From the NCBI GenBank assembly GCA_965206595.1, contig OZ242214.1, forward strand, positions 4,192,001 through 4,256,000: a stretch of DNA of 64,000 bases. Direction: 5' to 3'. Below the pieces are notes generated by a model. It saw only the letters and a list, made by a program, of their open reading frames with translations. It was not told the DNA's origin and did no database searches. Shown one piece after another: positions 30,901 to 40,766 of this stretch; position 1 is the first letter of the stretch, and the number at the start of each line of letters is the position of its first letter. A program made the position numbers and the translations under genes. Source of the stretch: Candidatus Latescibacterota bacterium. GTDB lineage: Bacteria > Latescibacterota > UBA2968 > UBA8231.

Positions 30901-31980
30901 TCAGGGGGCGGCGTAGCGCCTGACGGCGTCCATGTCGAGGGTCACCCCGAGCCCGGGGGCTTCGGGAACCTGCACGGCGCCGTCGACCACGGGGAATCCC
31001 TCCACCACGCAGTCGTCCTGCTTTGCCCAGAACCCGACGAAATCGTGGGGCCGGGACAGACTCGGACCCGCGGCGCAGACGTGCAGCCCCAGGGCGTTGT
31101 TCACTCCCAGACCGACGTACTGCGTCCAGCAGGGAAGGCCGAGTTTTTCCGCCATGGCCGACAGCCGCACGGTCTCGACGGCGCCCGGCGCCCCGATGAT
31201 GGCGTAGTCCAGGGCTTGGGCCGACCACATGGTCAGCAGCTGCTCGGCCCCCGTGTGCTCGGCGACCGGGAAGCCGATGCGCTGCCGGAGGCGCCGCCAT
31301 TCGTTGAAGCTGCCGCCGTGTGCGCCGGTGATGATCGGTGACTCCAGACAGTCGAGGCGGTGCCCTTCGAGCCGGCGCGCCACCTCTTCGGCTGCCCACA
31401 CTTCCTCGAGCCGGCGCCGGATGTCGGGACGCACATCCATCTCCGGCAGGTCGCGGTGGATGGCCTCGACGCGGTCGACGACGTAGTCGATCCGCTCGCT
31501 CAGATGCGGCGTCCCGGTAATGCATTTCATCTTGTAGGTGCGGAAGCCGCGCTCCCAGCCCCAGACCGCGTCCGCGGCGGTGTTCTCGACGGTCTTGTAC
31601 CCTGTGCACAAAGTGACCGGGATCCGGTCCCTGACGGCGCCGCCGAGCAGCTCGGACACCGGGCACCCCAGCACCTTGCCGCGGATGTCGAGGGTGGCGC
31701 ACTCGTATGCCTCCGCGGCGAGGGCTCCCTGTGGCAGCCGGGACTGCCTGAGTGGATCGAGCCCGATCCAGTCCTCGACCGCAGCAGCTACGGTCGCCCG
31801 GTCGATCCCGTGCATGCCCAGTTCCCCGAGACCCTCGACTCCTTCGTCGCAGCGGACCACGACCAGCAGGTTGCCGGTGAGGCGGTGAGTCGGCATGCCG
31901 TTCTCCTCGTCCGACCAGGCCCAGGGCCGGTCCGGGACGTGGACTTCGTACAGGTCAACAGCGGCGATTTTCACGCTCAC
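30901..31980 (-). CDS. Mandelate racemase/muconate lactonizing (enolase superfamily) enzyme
   Basis: GLGE, LDIRGK..G.PVSELLGG, YKMK, RPD, LESP, AEH, PGLGV; GTG start after AAGGAG. Confidence 0.88.
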   Translation of the reverse strand: MSVKIAAVDLYEVHVPDRPWAWSDEENGMPTHRLTGNLLVVVRCDEGVEGLGELGMHGIDRATVAAAVEDWIGLDPLRQSRLPQGALAAEAYECATLDIRGKVLGCPVSELLGGAVRDRIPVTLCTGYKTVENTAADAVWGWERGFRTYKMKCITGTPHLSERIDYVVDRVEAIHRDLPEMDVRPDIRRRLEEVWAAEEVARRLEGHRLDCLESPIITGAHGGSFNEWRRLRQRIGFPVAEHTGAEQLLTMWSAQALDYAIIGAPGAVETVRLSAMAEKLGLPCWTQYVGLGVNNALGLHVCAAGPSLSRPHDFVGFWAKQDDCVVEGFPVVDGAVQVPEAPGLGVTLDMDAVRRYAAP

Positions 31981-32167
31981 TCTCCTTGAGGCGGGGTCGG
32001 CGGTCCCTGGGTACCTGCTGCCCATGTCGGGTCGTCCGGGATGGTGACAGTCCGCGAACGGACGACGCGGCCTCGTGTATGCTGACCTGTCTCCCGGCCC
32101 ATGCAGGCAGTTTGGGGCCGCCAGGATCAGGGACCGACAGGGTCCGGAGGGGTGTCGCAGGACCAGG

Positions 32168-33265
32168 TCATGCCGCGGCCACGGTGAGCCGGCGCAGTTT
32201 CTCCTCGTCGAGCTCTACCCCCCAGCCGGGTCCCTCGAGCGGGTAGAGATGGCTGGCCTCGGCGCGGATGCGCTCTCTCGCCGGCGATTCCATGTACAGA
32301 ACCGGCCCCATGGGATCGCAGGGCAGGGAAAGATTGGGCAGCGTAATCCCCACCGCTAGTTGGGCGGCAGTGCCGATTGTCGATTCCTGGTCGGTGCCTA
32401 TCAGGCAGCGGAAGCCGGCCGCCTCCGCGACTGCCGCGATCCGCCGGATGTACGTGGGGCCGGAGGAAACGCAGGCGATGTTGAAGGCGGTGCCCGCCTC
32501 CAGCTCGACCGCTTCGCGCGCCTGCTGCAGGGAGCCGATGTGGAGACTTACGGGAAGGTCCCAGCGCTTGGTGAACTCGGCGTTGACCCGCATCGAGCGG
32601 CTCGGATGCTCGAAGTGAATGGGATCGTGATGGCGCAGGACCTCGGCGTAGCGGAGCGCCGTGTCCCAGGCGTCGAAGCGCAGCGACATGTCGATCGATT
32701 TCAGCCGGATGCGGTCCCCGAAGCGGCCTTTCATCTCCGTCAGGAAGCGGTCGTCGAGCCGACTGTCGCCCGAGACGTAGTAGCGGAACAGGTGGTGGCC
32801 GAGGTCGACGATCCGCTGCAGAAATCCTGCGGACTGCTTGAAATCCTCGGCGACCTGCAAGCCGAAGATCGGGTAGCAGCAATACAGCCGGTCCCGCACC
32901 TTGCCACCCATAAGCTGGTAGGCGGGAACGCCCCGGGCCTTGGCGTTGAGGTCGTAGAGGGCGATGTCGATGGCCGAGGATATGTGGGAGTCGCTGACCG
33001 TGCTGCCGAACTGCTGCCCCCGCATCAGCTCGTTTATCCCGGTAATGCAGGTGGCGTCCCGTCCTTTCAGCAGCTCGTTGCAGCGCATGGCGATGGCGGC
33101 GACATCGTCCGCGATGCTATCCGAAGCCTCTCCCAGGCCCGTGGCCCCGTCGTCGGTATGCACCTTGAAAATCACGTGCCCGGAGATCCTGCCGGAGTAC
33201 CCGGGCAGGGCCTCGTAGTAGCGGGGGGTCTCGATCTGGATGACTTCTACTTTCCGAATCTTCAT
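32168..33265 (-). CDS. Enolase-superfamily dehydratase resembling the Oceanobacillus-type galactarate dehydratase (GalrD-II) subgroup
   Basis: CYPIF, FRYYV (RxY in place of KxK), KSID, EHP, SLH, GTDQE, DPMGPVLY. Confidence 0.8.
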   Translation of the reverse strand: MKIRKVEVIQIETPRYYEALPGYSGRISGHVIFKVHTDDGATGLGEASDSIADDVAAIAMRCNELLKGRDATCITGINELMRGQQFGSTVSDSHISSAIDIALYDLNAKARGVPAYQLMGGKVRDRLYCCYPIFGLQVAEDFKQSAGFLQRIVDLGHHLFRYYVSGDSRLDDRFLTEMKGRFGDRIRLKSIDMSLRFDAWDTALRYAEVLRHHDPIHFEHPSRSMRVNAEFTKRWDLPVSLHIGSLQQAREAVELEAGTAFNIACVSSGPTYIRRIAAVAEAAGFRCLIGTDQESTIGTAAQLAVGITLPNLSLPCDPMGPVLYMESPARERIRAEASHLYPLEGPGWGVELDEEKLRRLTVAAA

Positions 33266-33466
33266 GGCTCTCCGTCCGAAGGTTGTGCCGGGTGGGTGTG
33301 GCAGGGGGGCAGTCGGGAATGACGGTTCACGAGTCCGGGGGAGTCGACCGGATGGGCTTGGAGCCGAGGGTCATCTGCACGCGCGGGGTTCTTGGGGTCG
33401 GGCGGTAATGAGACTGGAAGCCAGAAGAAAAGGGGAATCATCGACAGGGCAATCCATCGGCCGTCG

Positions 33467-34333
33467 TTACGAGGCGAAGGCGGCGTAGAGCGCCTCGGCC
33501 TCGGCCATTGTCGGCTCCTCGGCGAGGGCGGCGAAGCCGTAGCGGAGGATCAGGGCGTCCCCTTCCTCGACATCGAGGTCGCCGCCCATCAGCAGCCCGG
33601 CTCCGAGGAGGTTGCGGCGCGTGAACCAGGTCACCGGGTGCCGCGGGTTCTCCGGGTGATCCATCATGACCACCGCGCCCCCGGCCGCCCCCGCGGCGCT
33701 CACCCAGCGCGCCCGCTGGTTCATGATGCTCTCGTGGCCTTCGGCGCCCTCGCTGCTGAGGTGCCGCGCCCCGGCAAAGGGCGGCCCCATGCGCAACTCG
33801 AAACCGCTGTAGTGCGACTTCCTCGACGCCCCCAGCCTCAGCGGACCGCCCACGGGCTCGATGCAGGCGAGGACTTCCCAATGGTAGGCGAGAGGGTCGG
33901 AAATCTTGCGCACACGGTAGCTGCGGGTCTCCACGGCCATGACCCCGTCCTCGGCGTCGAGCCAGCTCAGCCCTTCTTCGGCGACCACGCCGCCATTCTC
34001 CTGGCCGATCCGGGTGAACCGGTCGTGCCGCTGCATGCCGTGAGTGCCTTCGATCAGCTCGTAGCGGTCCTTCTCCGGGAGGTACCAGGGGCCGCCCCAG
34101 AGGTTGGCGCGGTTGGCGAAGACCCAGCCGAAGTATAGTCCGGTGTGCCAGGGATGGTCGGCCGGCCGGTACTCGGTAACGAGGCCGCCGGCAGGGGTGT
34201 AAATCGGGGCGAAACAGGGTTTGGGGGACTCGCTGCGCGGCAGCTCCTCGGTCGCCCTGTAGAGAGCGGCGAGTCCTTCCCCGTCGAGGATTTCGAACCC
34301 GAGGGCGTTCCGCCGGATATGCAATTTGGTCAT
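33467..34333 (-). CDS. DUF6807 ('PmoA-family') protein
   Basis: KPCFAPIYTPAG..VTEYRPADHPWHTGLYFGW; HYSGF..R; MMDHPENPRHPVTWF. Confidence 0.8.
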   Translation of the reverse strand: MTKLHIRRNALGFEILDGEGLAALYRATEELPRSESPKPCFAPIYTPAGGLVTEYRPADHPWHTGLYFGWVFANRANLWGGPWYLPEKDRYELIEGTHGMQRHDRFTRIGQENGGVVAEEGLSWLDAEDGVMAVETRSYRVRKISDPLAYHWEVLACIEPVGGPLRLGASRKSHYSGFELRMGPPFAGARHLSSEGAEGHESIMNQRARWVSAAGAAGGAVVMMDHPENPRHPVTWFTRRNLLGAGLLMGGDLDVEEGDALILRYGFAALAEEPTMAEAEALYAAFAS

Positions 34334-34510
34334 CGGGTACTTTCCGCCGATTGTTGGGCAGCGGCCCACGGCGGGCGTGTTCCGGCCCCGTCCGGTCGAG
34401 TCGGGCTGCCCGGGGCAGCAGGCCTCGCGGGAGAGAAGCAGTCACTTGCCGGCCCGCGGGCGGAGAAGGAACGCTCAAACCAGTTGTTGCAGCAAGGAAA
34501 GGGCGAGAAA

Positions 34511-36109
34511 GTGACAGAGCGAAGAAGAAGGTTCGGGACCGTTGCCGGCCCCCATCCCAAGACCGCCCGGGCAGGCATGGCAATGCTCCGGGCCGGGGGA
34601 AACGCCGTCGACGCAGCGGTGGCCGCGGCCTTCACCGAGGGGGTGGTCGAGCCGCTTCACAACGGAATCGCCGGGTACGGCGGCTGCATGGTCATCTATC
34701 TCGCCGGGCGCCGGCGGGTCGTCGCCGTCGACTGCAACTCCACCGCTCCGGCCGCGGCCTCCGAGGAGATGTTCCCCATCGAGGAAGCGCCGGCCCCGGC
34801 CGGATACCAGGTTCCGGGAAGGGCAAATGTCTTCGGCCCCCTCTCCGTCGGCGTTCCCGGAGTGGTCGCCGGGCTCTGCCTGGCGCTGGGCCGCTTCGGC
34901 ACCATGCCGCTGGCGGAGGTGATCAAGCCGGCGATCGGCGCCGCTCGCTTCGGGTACGTCCCGGGCCGCAGGAATCGCCTCGGCCTGGGGGAGAACGCCG
35001 GGCGCTGGCGCAGCGATTTTCCCGAAACCGCGCGCCTTCTGCTCAAGGACGGGCGCCCGCCCCGCCGGGGGGAGCGGGTCACCAACCCGGAGCTTGCCCG
35101 CACCCTGGAAGAGCTGGCGGAAGACGGCCCGTCGCTCTTCTACCGCGGCCCCTTGGCGAAAAAGATCGCCGCTCGTGTCGAAGAGCTTGGAGGCTGTCTG
35201 ACGGCGCAGGACATGCGCCGCTATCGCGCCCGCGTCGTGAAGCCGTACGCGGCCTCCTACCGGGGCTGCCGGCTGTTCACCCCGCCCCTGGCAGCTGGAG
35301 GTCTTACGACGCTGCAGATACTGCGTCTGCTCGAGGCTTTCGAGCTCGGGGAGATTCCCGCTACAGAACGGCTGCATCACCTGGCCGAGGCGATGAAGCT
35401 CTGCTGGCCCGAACGTCTGGAGCGCTACGGCGATCCTGAATTTGTCGATGTCGACGCTGCCGGCGAGCTCTCCGACGAGCTCGTCGCCCGCCTGGGGCGC
35501 CGCATGAAAGAGGGGCTCCGGTCTCCGCGACCGGGGCGGCTCGTCGCCCCGGAGCCGATCAGCTGCACCAGCCACATCTCGGCCGCGGATGTCGCCGGCA
35601 ATCTCGTGAGCCTGACACAGACTCACGGCGGGGGATTCGGTTCGATGGTCGCAGTTCCCGGGACCGGACTGCTGCTGGGTCACGGGGTTGCCCGCTTCGA
35701 CCCGCGGCCCGGGCTGGCGAACTCGATCGCACCCGGCAAACAACCGCTGCACAACATGGCCCCGTTCATTGCCTTGCGGGACGGACGACCCTTCGCCGCC
35801 TACGGTCTGCCCGGCGGGCGCACCATTCCCAACAACGAGGTGACCCTGACGGTGGGGCTGATCGATCGCGGGCTCGATCCGCTGCAGGCCCTCGCTGCCG
35901 CGCGCCTGCACACGGAAGGGGCAGAGCCGCTGCAGGTCGAACGCAGGGCGGGGAAGCGGGTCATTGAGGGGTTGCGAAACCTGGGGCACAGCGCCGATGC
36001 CGTTCCCGGCATCGGCGGCCCCGGACACGTGGTGACGGTTTCCGTCGATCCGGCCGTTCAGAGGGGGGCCACCGATCCTCGTTTCGACGGACTGGCGGTT
36101 TCGGCCTAG
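34511..36109 (+). CDS. ggt: Gamma-glutamyltransferase family (Ntn hydrolase)
   Basis: GGNAVDAAVAAA, SVGVPGVVAG, catalytic Thr in CTSHISAAD, GLPGG, TDPR. Confidence 0.88.
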   Translation: MTERRRRFGTVAGPHPKTARAGMAMLRAGGNAVDAAVAAAFTEGVVEPLHNGIAGYGGCMVIYLAGRRRVVAVDCNSTAPAAASEEMFPIEEAPAPAGYQVPGRANVFGPLSVGVPGVVAGLCLALGRFGTMPLAEVIKPAIGAARFGYVPGRRNRLGLGENAGRWRSDFPETARLLLKDGRPPRRGERVTNPELARTLEELAEDGPSLFYRGPLAKKIAARVEELGGCLTAQDMRRYRARVVKPYAASYRGCRLFTPPLAAGGLTTLQILRLLEAFELGEIPATERLHHLAEAMKLCWPERLERYGDPEFVDVDAAGELSDELVARLGRRMKEGLRSPRPGRLVAPEPISCTSHISAADVAGNLVSLTQTHGGGFGSMVAVPGTGLLLGHGVARFDPRPGLANSIAPGKQPLHNMAPFIALRDGRPFAAYGLPGGRTIPNNEVTLTVGLIDRGLDPLQALAAARLHTEGAEPLQVERRAGKRVIEGLRNLGHSADAVPGIGGPGHVVTVSVDPAVQRGATDPRFDGLAVSA

Positions 36110-36198
36110 AGCTGCCCGATACCGTTCCCTCGCGGTAACGGCCCTCTCGAAGCTTCAGGGGGATTTCCTGTGCGGGCAGAAGTACCCGGGGAGGTCTC

Positions 36199-37836
36199 TC
36201 AGAAGGCGACGGCGTACCCGTCCCGGCGGGGGTCGGATCCCGCGGCGAGGGCACCGGTTACCGGGTCGATGCCGATGAACTGGGCGTTTCCCGGTCCGTC
36301 CCAGTCCCCGAGGATCTCCAGCCGGTGGCCGCGCTTCTCCAGCCCTTCCCGGGCCGGCGCGCCGAAGCGGTTCTCCAGCTGCAGGCAGTCCTCGCAGGTG
36401 TGTGGAACCGTCGATTCCATGGGGTTCTGCAGGCTGCGCCAGCGCGGCGCCTCGACCGCTTCCTGGGGGGTCATGCCGAAGTGAATGGCGTGCGTCAGCA
36501 GCTGCAGGTTGGTCTGCACCTGCGTGTCGGCCCCCGGGGTGCCGCAGACGATGACGGCTTCGCCGTTCCGGGTAGCGATGACGGGGTTCATGGTGTGCCG
36601 AACCCGCTTGCCGGGCGCCAGGCAGTTGGGGTGCCCTTCCTCGATATGCCAGTAGGTCATGCGGTTGTTGAGCAGCACCCCCGTGTTCCCCGCTACGAGG
36701 CTGGAGCCGAATCCCGACTGCAGGCTCTGCAATACGCAGACGGCGTTGCCCTCGCCGTCGGCGACGCAGAAACAGGTGGTGTCCTCCTGCCTTTGCGGCG
36801 AGCCGGGCCCTACGTCGGGGTTGACGCGCCCGGGGTCGATCCCGCGGGCGCGCTCCCGGGCGTACTGCTTGTCGAGAAGGCCGGCCAGCGGCACGCCGAC
36901 CCAGTCCGGGTCGGCCATGAACTCCTCGCGGTCGGCGAAAGCCAGCCGCTTGGCCTCGACCATTACGTGGATGCTTTCCGGCGACAGGCAGCCCATCCCC
37001 TCGAGATCGAACTGCTCGACGAGGTTGAGCTCCTGTAGCAGCACGTGGCCGCTCGAGTTCGGCGGCATCTCGTAGACGCGGTACCCGTGGTAGTCGACGT
37101 GGATCGGCTCCTCCCAGCGCGCCTGGAAAGCCGCCAGGTCCGCGGCCGTGACCAGGCCGCCGTAGTCGCTGCTGAAGGCGGCGATCTCCCGGGCGACGGC
37201 CCCTTCGTAAAAGGCGGAACGGCCCTCCTCGGCGATGCGGCGCAGGGTGGTCCCGAGGTCCCGCTGGACGAGAAGCTCCCCGGCTTTGAGCGGCCTGCCC
37301 CGAGGCTCGAAGAGGGCTCGGGTGAACGGGTCGGAGGAAAACCGGTCGTGCTCTCCGGCGAGCATGGCTCCGAGCTTTTCGCCGACGGGGAATCCGCGCT
37401 CGCACAGGTCGATCGCCGGGGCGAACACCTCGGCGAGACTCAGCCTTCCGAAGCGCTCGTGCGCCCTGAGCCAGCCATCGACGAGGCCGGGAATCGAAAC
37501 GCTGAGGATCCCCTTCATGGGGATGCCGCCGCTTTCGACGTAGTGCTCGCGGGTTGCCCCGGAAGGGGCCGGGCCGGTGGCGTTGAGGCCGTGCACCTGC
37601 CGCGAGGCGGCGTCGTAGATCAGGATGAACCCGTCTCCTCCCACCCCGGACATCGGCAGCTCCACTACTCCGAGCGCCGCCGCGGTGGCGATCGCCGCAT
37701 CTACGGCGCTCCCGCCTGCCTGCATCATGCGGATGCCGGCCTGCGAGGCGAGAGGGTCGCCCGAGGCGACGGCGCCGTTACGGCCGCGCACCGAGGGGCG
37801 GTACGAAGGATGGGTTACGCCGTGAGGAGAGGACAC
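36199..37836 (-). CDS. ggt: Gamma-glutamyltransferase family (Ntn hydrolase)
   Basis: GGSAVDAAIA, GVGGDGF, PPNSSG, DTTCFCVAD, LLNNRM, GTPGADTQ, SDPRRDG. Confidence 0.92.
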   Translation of the reverse strand: MSSPHGVTHPSYRPSVRGRNGAVASGDPLASQAGIRMMQAGGSAVDAAIATAAALGVVELPMSGVGGDGFILIYDAASRQVHGLNATGPAPSGATREHYVESGGIPMKGILSVSIPGLVDGWLRAHERFGRLSLAEVFAPAIDLCERGFPVGEKLGAMLAGEHDRFSSDPFTRALFEPRGRPLKAGELLVQRDLGTTLRRIAEEGRSAFYEGAVAREIAAFSSDYGGLVTAADLAAFQARWEEPIHVDYHGYRVYEMPPNSSGHVLLQELNLVEQFDLEGMGCLSPESIHVMVEAKRLAFADREEFMADPDWVGVPLAGLLDKQYARERARGIDPGRVNPDVGPGSPQRQEDTTCFCVADGEGNAVCVLQSLQSGFGSSLVAGNTGVLLNNRMTYWHIEEGHPNCLAPGKRVRHTMNPVIATRNGEAVIVCGTPGADTQVQTNLQLLTHAIHFGMTPQEAVEAPRWRSLQNPMESTVPHTCEDCLQLENRFGAPAREGLEKRGHRLEILGDWDGPGNAQFIGIDPVTGALAAGSDPRRDGYAVAF

Positions 37837-37851
37837 CGGCCTGCCTGAAGG

Positions 37852-38883
37852 TCAGCCGCAGGCGGCGAGGAGCGGCTGCATGACGACGCGGTCGAAGTTG
37901 TCGCCCATCACCTCGATGCCTTCGGCGTTCGGGTGGCACTCGTCCTCGGCGTAGCGGGCGATCAGCTCGAGGCCGAAGACGTCGAGGCCGTCGAAATAAA
38001 ACAGACTGCGGTCCCCCATCGCCGCCAGCCTGTCCCCGGCGTCCGCTATCGCCTCCCTCATGTCGGAGATCGTGTACCCGACCGCGTTGGGGCTGGTCTC
38101 GTGGGGGGGGTAGCCGATCGGCGAAACCAGGCCGATCGGGATGCCGGGGTGAGCGGCGCGAATGATGCCGACGAGGCCGATCACCGCGGCGGGGAAGGTG
38201 CGGGCGTTGAACGAGGCGCTCGGCATGCAGTTGATCCCCAGCTTCAGGGTGATCAGGTCCGCGGGTTGCCCGGCGATGACCATGCCGACCTGCGCGTCGA
38301 GGTGGCACTGGCCGGCGAACCCGAGGCTGGTCAGGTGCAGGCCGTTCCGCCTGGCGACGATGGCCGGCCAGATGCGTGCCGGGCCGTGGGCGCGGGTGCA
38401 GTGGGTCAGCGAGCTGCCGTAGGTGATCCACCTGCGGCGTTCATCGGCCGCGGGAGAGCAGGGGGCGCCGTGGTCGCTGGCCAGGCCGCAAAGGCTGACC
38501 GGGATCTCCTGGGGCAGCCAGACCTCGACGACCTTGTCGCCTTCGGGCAAGCCCCCTAGCAGGACATCCCCGGCGCCGGGCTGAGCCGTGGCGGTGGCGA
38601 CCAGCTCCCCGTTTACGGTGGCGTCGAAACAGTAATGCCCCCGCTCGCCGGCCGGAGGCCCTTCGTCGAGGGGAAGGAAACGAAGCCCCAGGATGGAGGA
38701 GGCGGTAGCGAACCGCAGGCGCACGCCGCTGGCGTTCTCCGCCTTGGCCAGCAGCGCCTCGTCGGGGGAAGGGAAGAGCGTCCTGTGGTCGTGGGGCAGC
38801 CGCCAGGGTTTGATCCAGCCGTCCCCATGCTCGAGCGACAGGTGACCCTGGAAGAACTCGGGTTGCAGCGGATTGTCCCGCAT
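37852..38883 (-). CDS. SGNH/GDSL hydrolase family protein
   Basis: YGSSLTH (block I), LGFAG, LGIN, DECHPN. Confidence 0.88.
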   Translation of the reverse strand: MRDNPLQPEFFQGHLSLEHGDGWIKPWRLPHDHRTLFPSPDEALLAKAENASGVRLRFATASSILGLRFLPLDEGPPAGERGHYCFDATVNGELVATATAQPGAGDVLLGGLPEGDKVVEVWLPQEIPVSLCGLASDHGAPCSPAADERRRWITYGSSLTHCTRAHGPARIWPAIVARRNGLHLTSLGFAGQCHLDAQVGMVIAGQPADLITLKLGINCMPSASFNARTFPAAVIGLVGIIRAAHPGIPIGLVSPIGYPPHETSPNAVGYTISDMREAIADAGDRLAAMGDRSLFYFDGLDVFGLELIARYAEDECHPNAEGIEVMGDNFDRVVMQPLLAACG

Positions 38884-38886
38884 CGA

Positions 38887-39260
38887 TCAGCCTTTCACTC
38901 CTGCCTGCAGCCAGAGCAGCCAAGCCATGTTGTCGCCGAGGATCAGGTCCATGTCCTTTGCGCGAATGAAGGAGCAATGGGTGCGCACCGTCTCCAGCGA
39001 CTGCCGGTAGGCGGCCACCAGGAGCAATCGACGTCGGCGAAGTTGATGAACCGGTCGGGGTGGTTGAGGGCGCACTCGAGACCGTACTCGTTGTTTTCGG
39101 GGTTGTGGTCGATGCGGGCGTTGACGAGCACCGCCTTGTCGACGCCGACCTGGTCCATTTCCCACAGCAGCCGCTCGGCGCGTCCTCGGCTCCCGGGATC
39201 CGGCACTTCCGGCTGGTATGGCCAATAGGTCCAGGCGTGGGTGTGGCAGTCGATGATCAT
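38887..39260 (-). pseudogene. Amidohydrolase remnant with large internal deletion
   Basis: N-terminus MIIDCHTHAW...EMDQVGVDKAVLV...FADVDCSWWP is joined out of frame directly to a C-terminal piece YRQSLETVRTHCSFI..DMDLILGDN; only ~120 codons in total. Confidence 0.75.
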
Positions 39261-39519
39261 TCGGCGTTTCATTCCGGCCTTGGGCGCCGCGGCCGGATGC
39301 GGAGTATTCCCGGCAGGCGCTTTTGCCGTCAATGCTAAGTGGTCTCCCCGCGGGTAGGCGCCCTCGCAGGTGAGTCGTTTCCGGCGTCGTCGTCCGCAAA
39401 CGGCTAAACAGCCTCGGCGCGGAGATTTTCGAAAAAATGGCGATCCCAGCTGCAGGGCGCCTATAATAGCGCGGACGTCCAGTCCCCGACAGCAACCCCA
39501 AGACAAGGCTGGTGACCTG

Positions 39520-40647
39520 ATGCGCATCGTCGACAGCGGTATCCTCCACGTCAACCCGGAGCCGGCGTACCGCCATGTCTCCATCTTCTATCCCAACGTC
39601 GTGCAGCTCTCGGAGAGGGAGCTGTTGTGCGTGTACCAGCACGGCGACGGCCTGTACGCGCCGAACAACACCCTCGGCGTGCTCCGCTCTTACGACGGCG
39701 GCCGCACCTGGGAGGACGAGGGGGACCTGCACGACCGCTCGCGGGACGACCGGCCCTGTTCCTACATGGCCAGCTTCCTGTCGCGGATGAGCGACGGTAC
39801 CCTGACGGTGACCCCTTTCCGCATCGACCGCAGCGACCCGGAGGTGCGGCTCTTCAGCGACAATGCCGGACTGATCGCCAACGAGCCGATCCTGTTCACG
39901 TCCGCGGACGGCGGCCGTACCTGGTCCGATCCCCTGGTCCAGGAGTTGCCCGGCGGCATGAACCTCACCGCGGCGCAGGGCCTGGTCGAGCTCGACGACG
40001 GCCGCTGGCTGGCGACCTTCGACCAGTGGCCGGCGTTCGGCGATTCCGGGGCCTACGAGCCGCGCATGTGGTCATGCACCTCTGCGGACCGGGGCCGCAC
40101 CTGGAACGGCATGACGGTCATGGCGGACGGGGCCAGGGACGGCAAAGGGTACTGGCACGGCCGCGCCCTCAAACTGTCGGACGGCAGGCTCTTCTCGCTG
40201 CTGTGGGCCGCGGACATGACCCGCCCCGACAAGGGGCCGGTCAACCTCAGGAATCACTTCGCGATTTCCGATCCGGCAGCGAGCGCCTGGCAGAAACCGG
40301 TGGAGACCAACCTGCCGGGGCAGACCAACTGCACGGCTCAGCTGTCGGACGGCCGCCTCGCGGCGATTTACACCTGCCGCGGGGCCGCCAGCCCTGGTTT
40401 CTTCGTCGCCCTGTCGGATGATCTCGGGCCCACCTGGGACCTCGAGGGCCAGGTGCGGGTTTGGGATGCGAGCGGCCGTACGGCCATCGGTTACGACAGC
40501 GCCGAGAAGTACCCGCGCAGCCACGACACCATCGCCTTCGGCGCCCCGTCGCTGATCGCGCTTGCCAGCGGCGAGCTGCTGGCGACCTGGTGGTGCACGG
40601 ACGCCAGCCTCGTGCACGCCCGCTGGGCGAAACTCGCCGTCGATTGA
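39520..40647 (+). CDS. Sialidase/BNR-repeat beta-propeller protein
   Basis: Asp-box repeats SYDGGRTW, SADGGRTW, SADRGRTW, SDDLGPTW. Confidence 0.88.
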   Translation: MRIVDSGILHVNPEPAYRHVSIFYPNVVQLSERELLCVYQHGDGLYAPNNTLGVLRSYDGGRTWEDEGDLHDRSRDDRPCSYMASFLSRMSDGTLTVTPFRIDRSDPEVRLFSDNAGLIANEPILFTSADGGRTWSDPLVQELPGGMNLTAAQGLVELDDGRWLATFDQWPAFGDSGAYEPRMWSCTSADRGRTWNGMTVMADGARDGKGYWHGRALKLSDGRLFSLLWAADMTRPDKGPVNLRNHFAISDPAASAWQKPVETNLPGQTNCTAQLSDGRLAAIYTCRGAASPGFFVALSDDLGPTWDLEGQVRVWDASGRTAIGYDSAEKYPRSHDTIAFGAPSLIALASGELLATWWCTDASLVHARWAKLAVD

Positions 40648-40766
40648 CCTCCCCTGCGGGCCGTCGCCGGCCCCGATGCTGCCGGCGGGAAGCAGCCAGA
40701 GAACCGGCCACGGAGAGTAGATTGTTCTCGTCGCGATGGAGCACGGCGTGCCGCGTGGATCCGGTG

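Noticed and set aside
33467-34333. Methane monooxygenase suggested by the 'PmoA' family label
   Set aside because: Soluble DUF6807-type protein with no TM helices and no pmoB/pmoC
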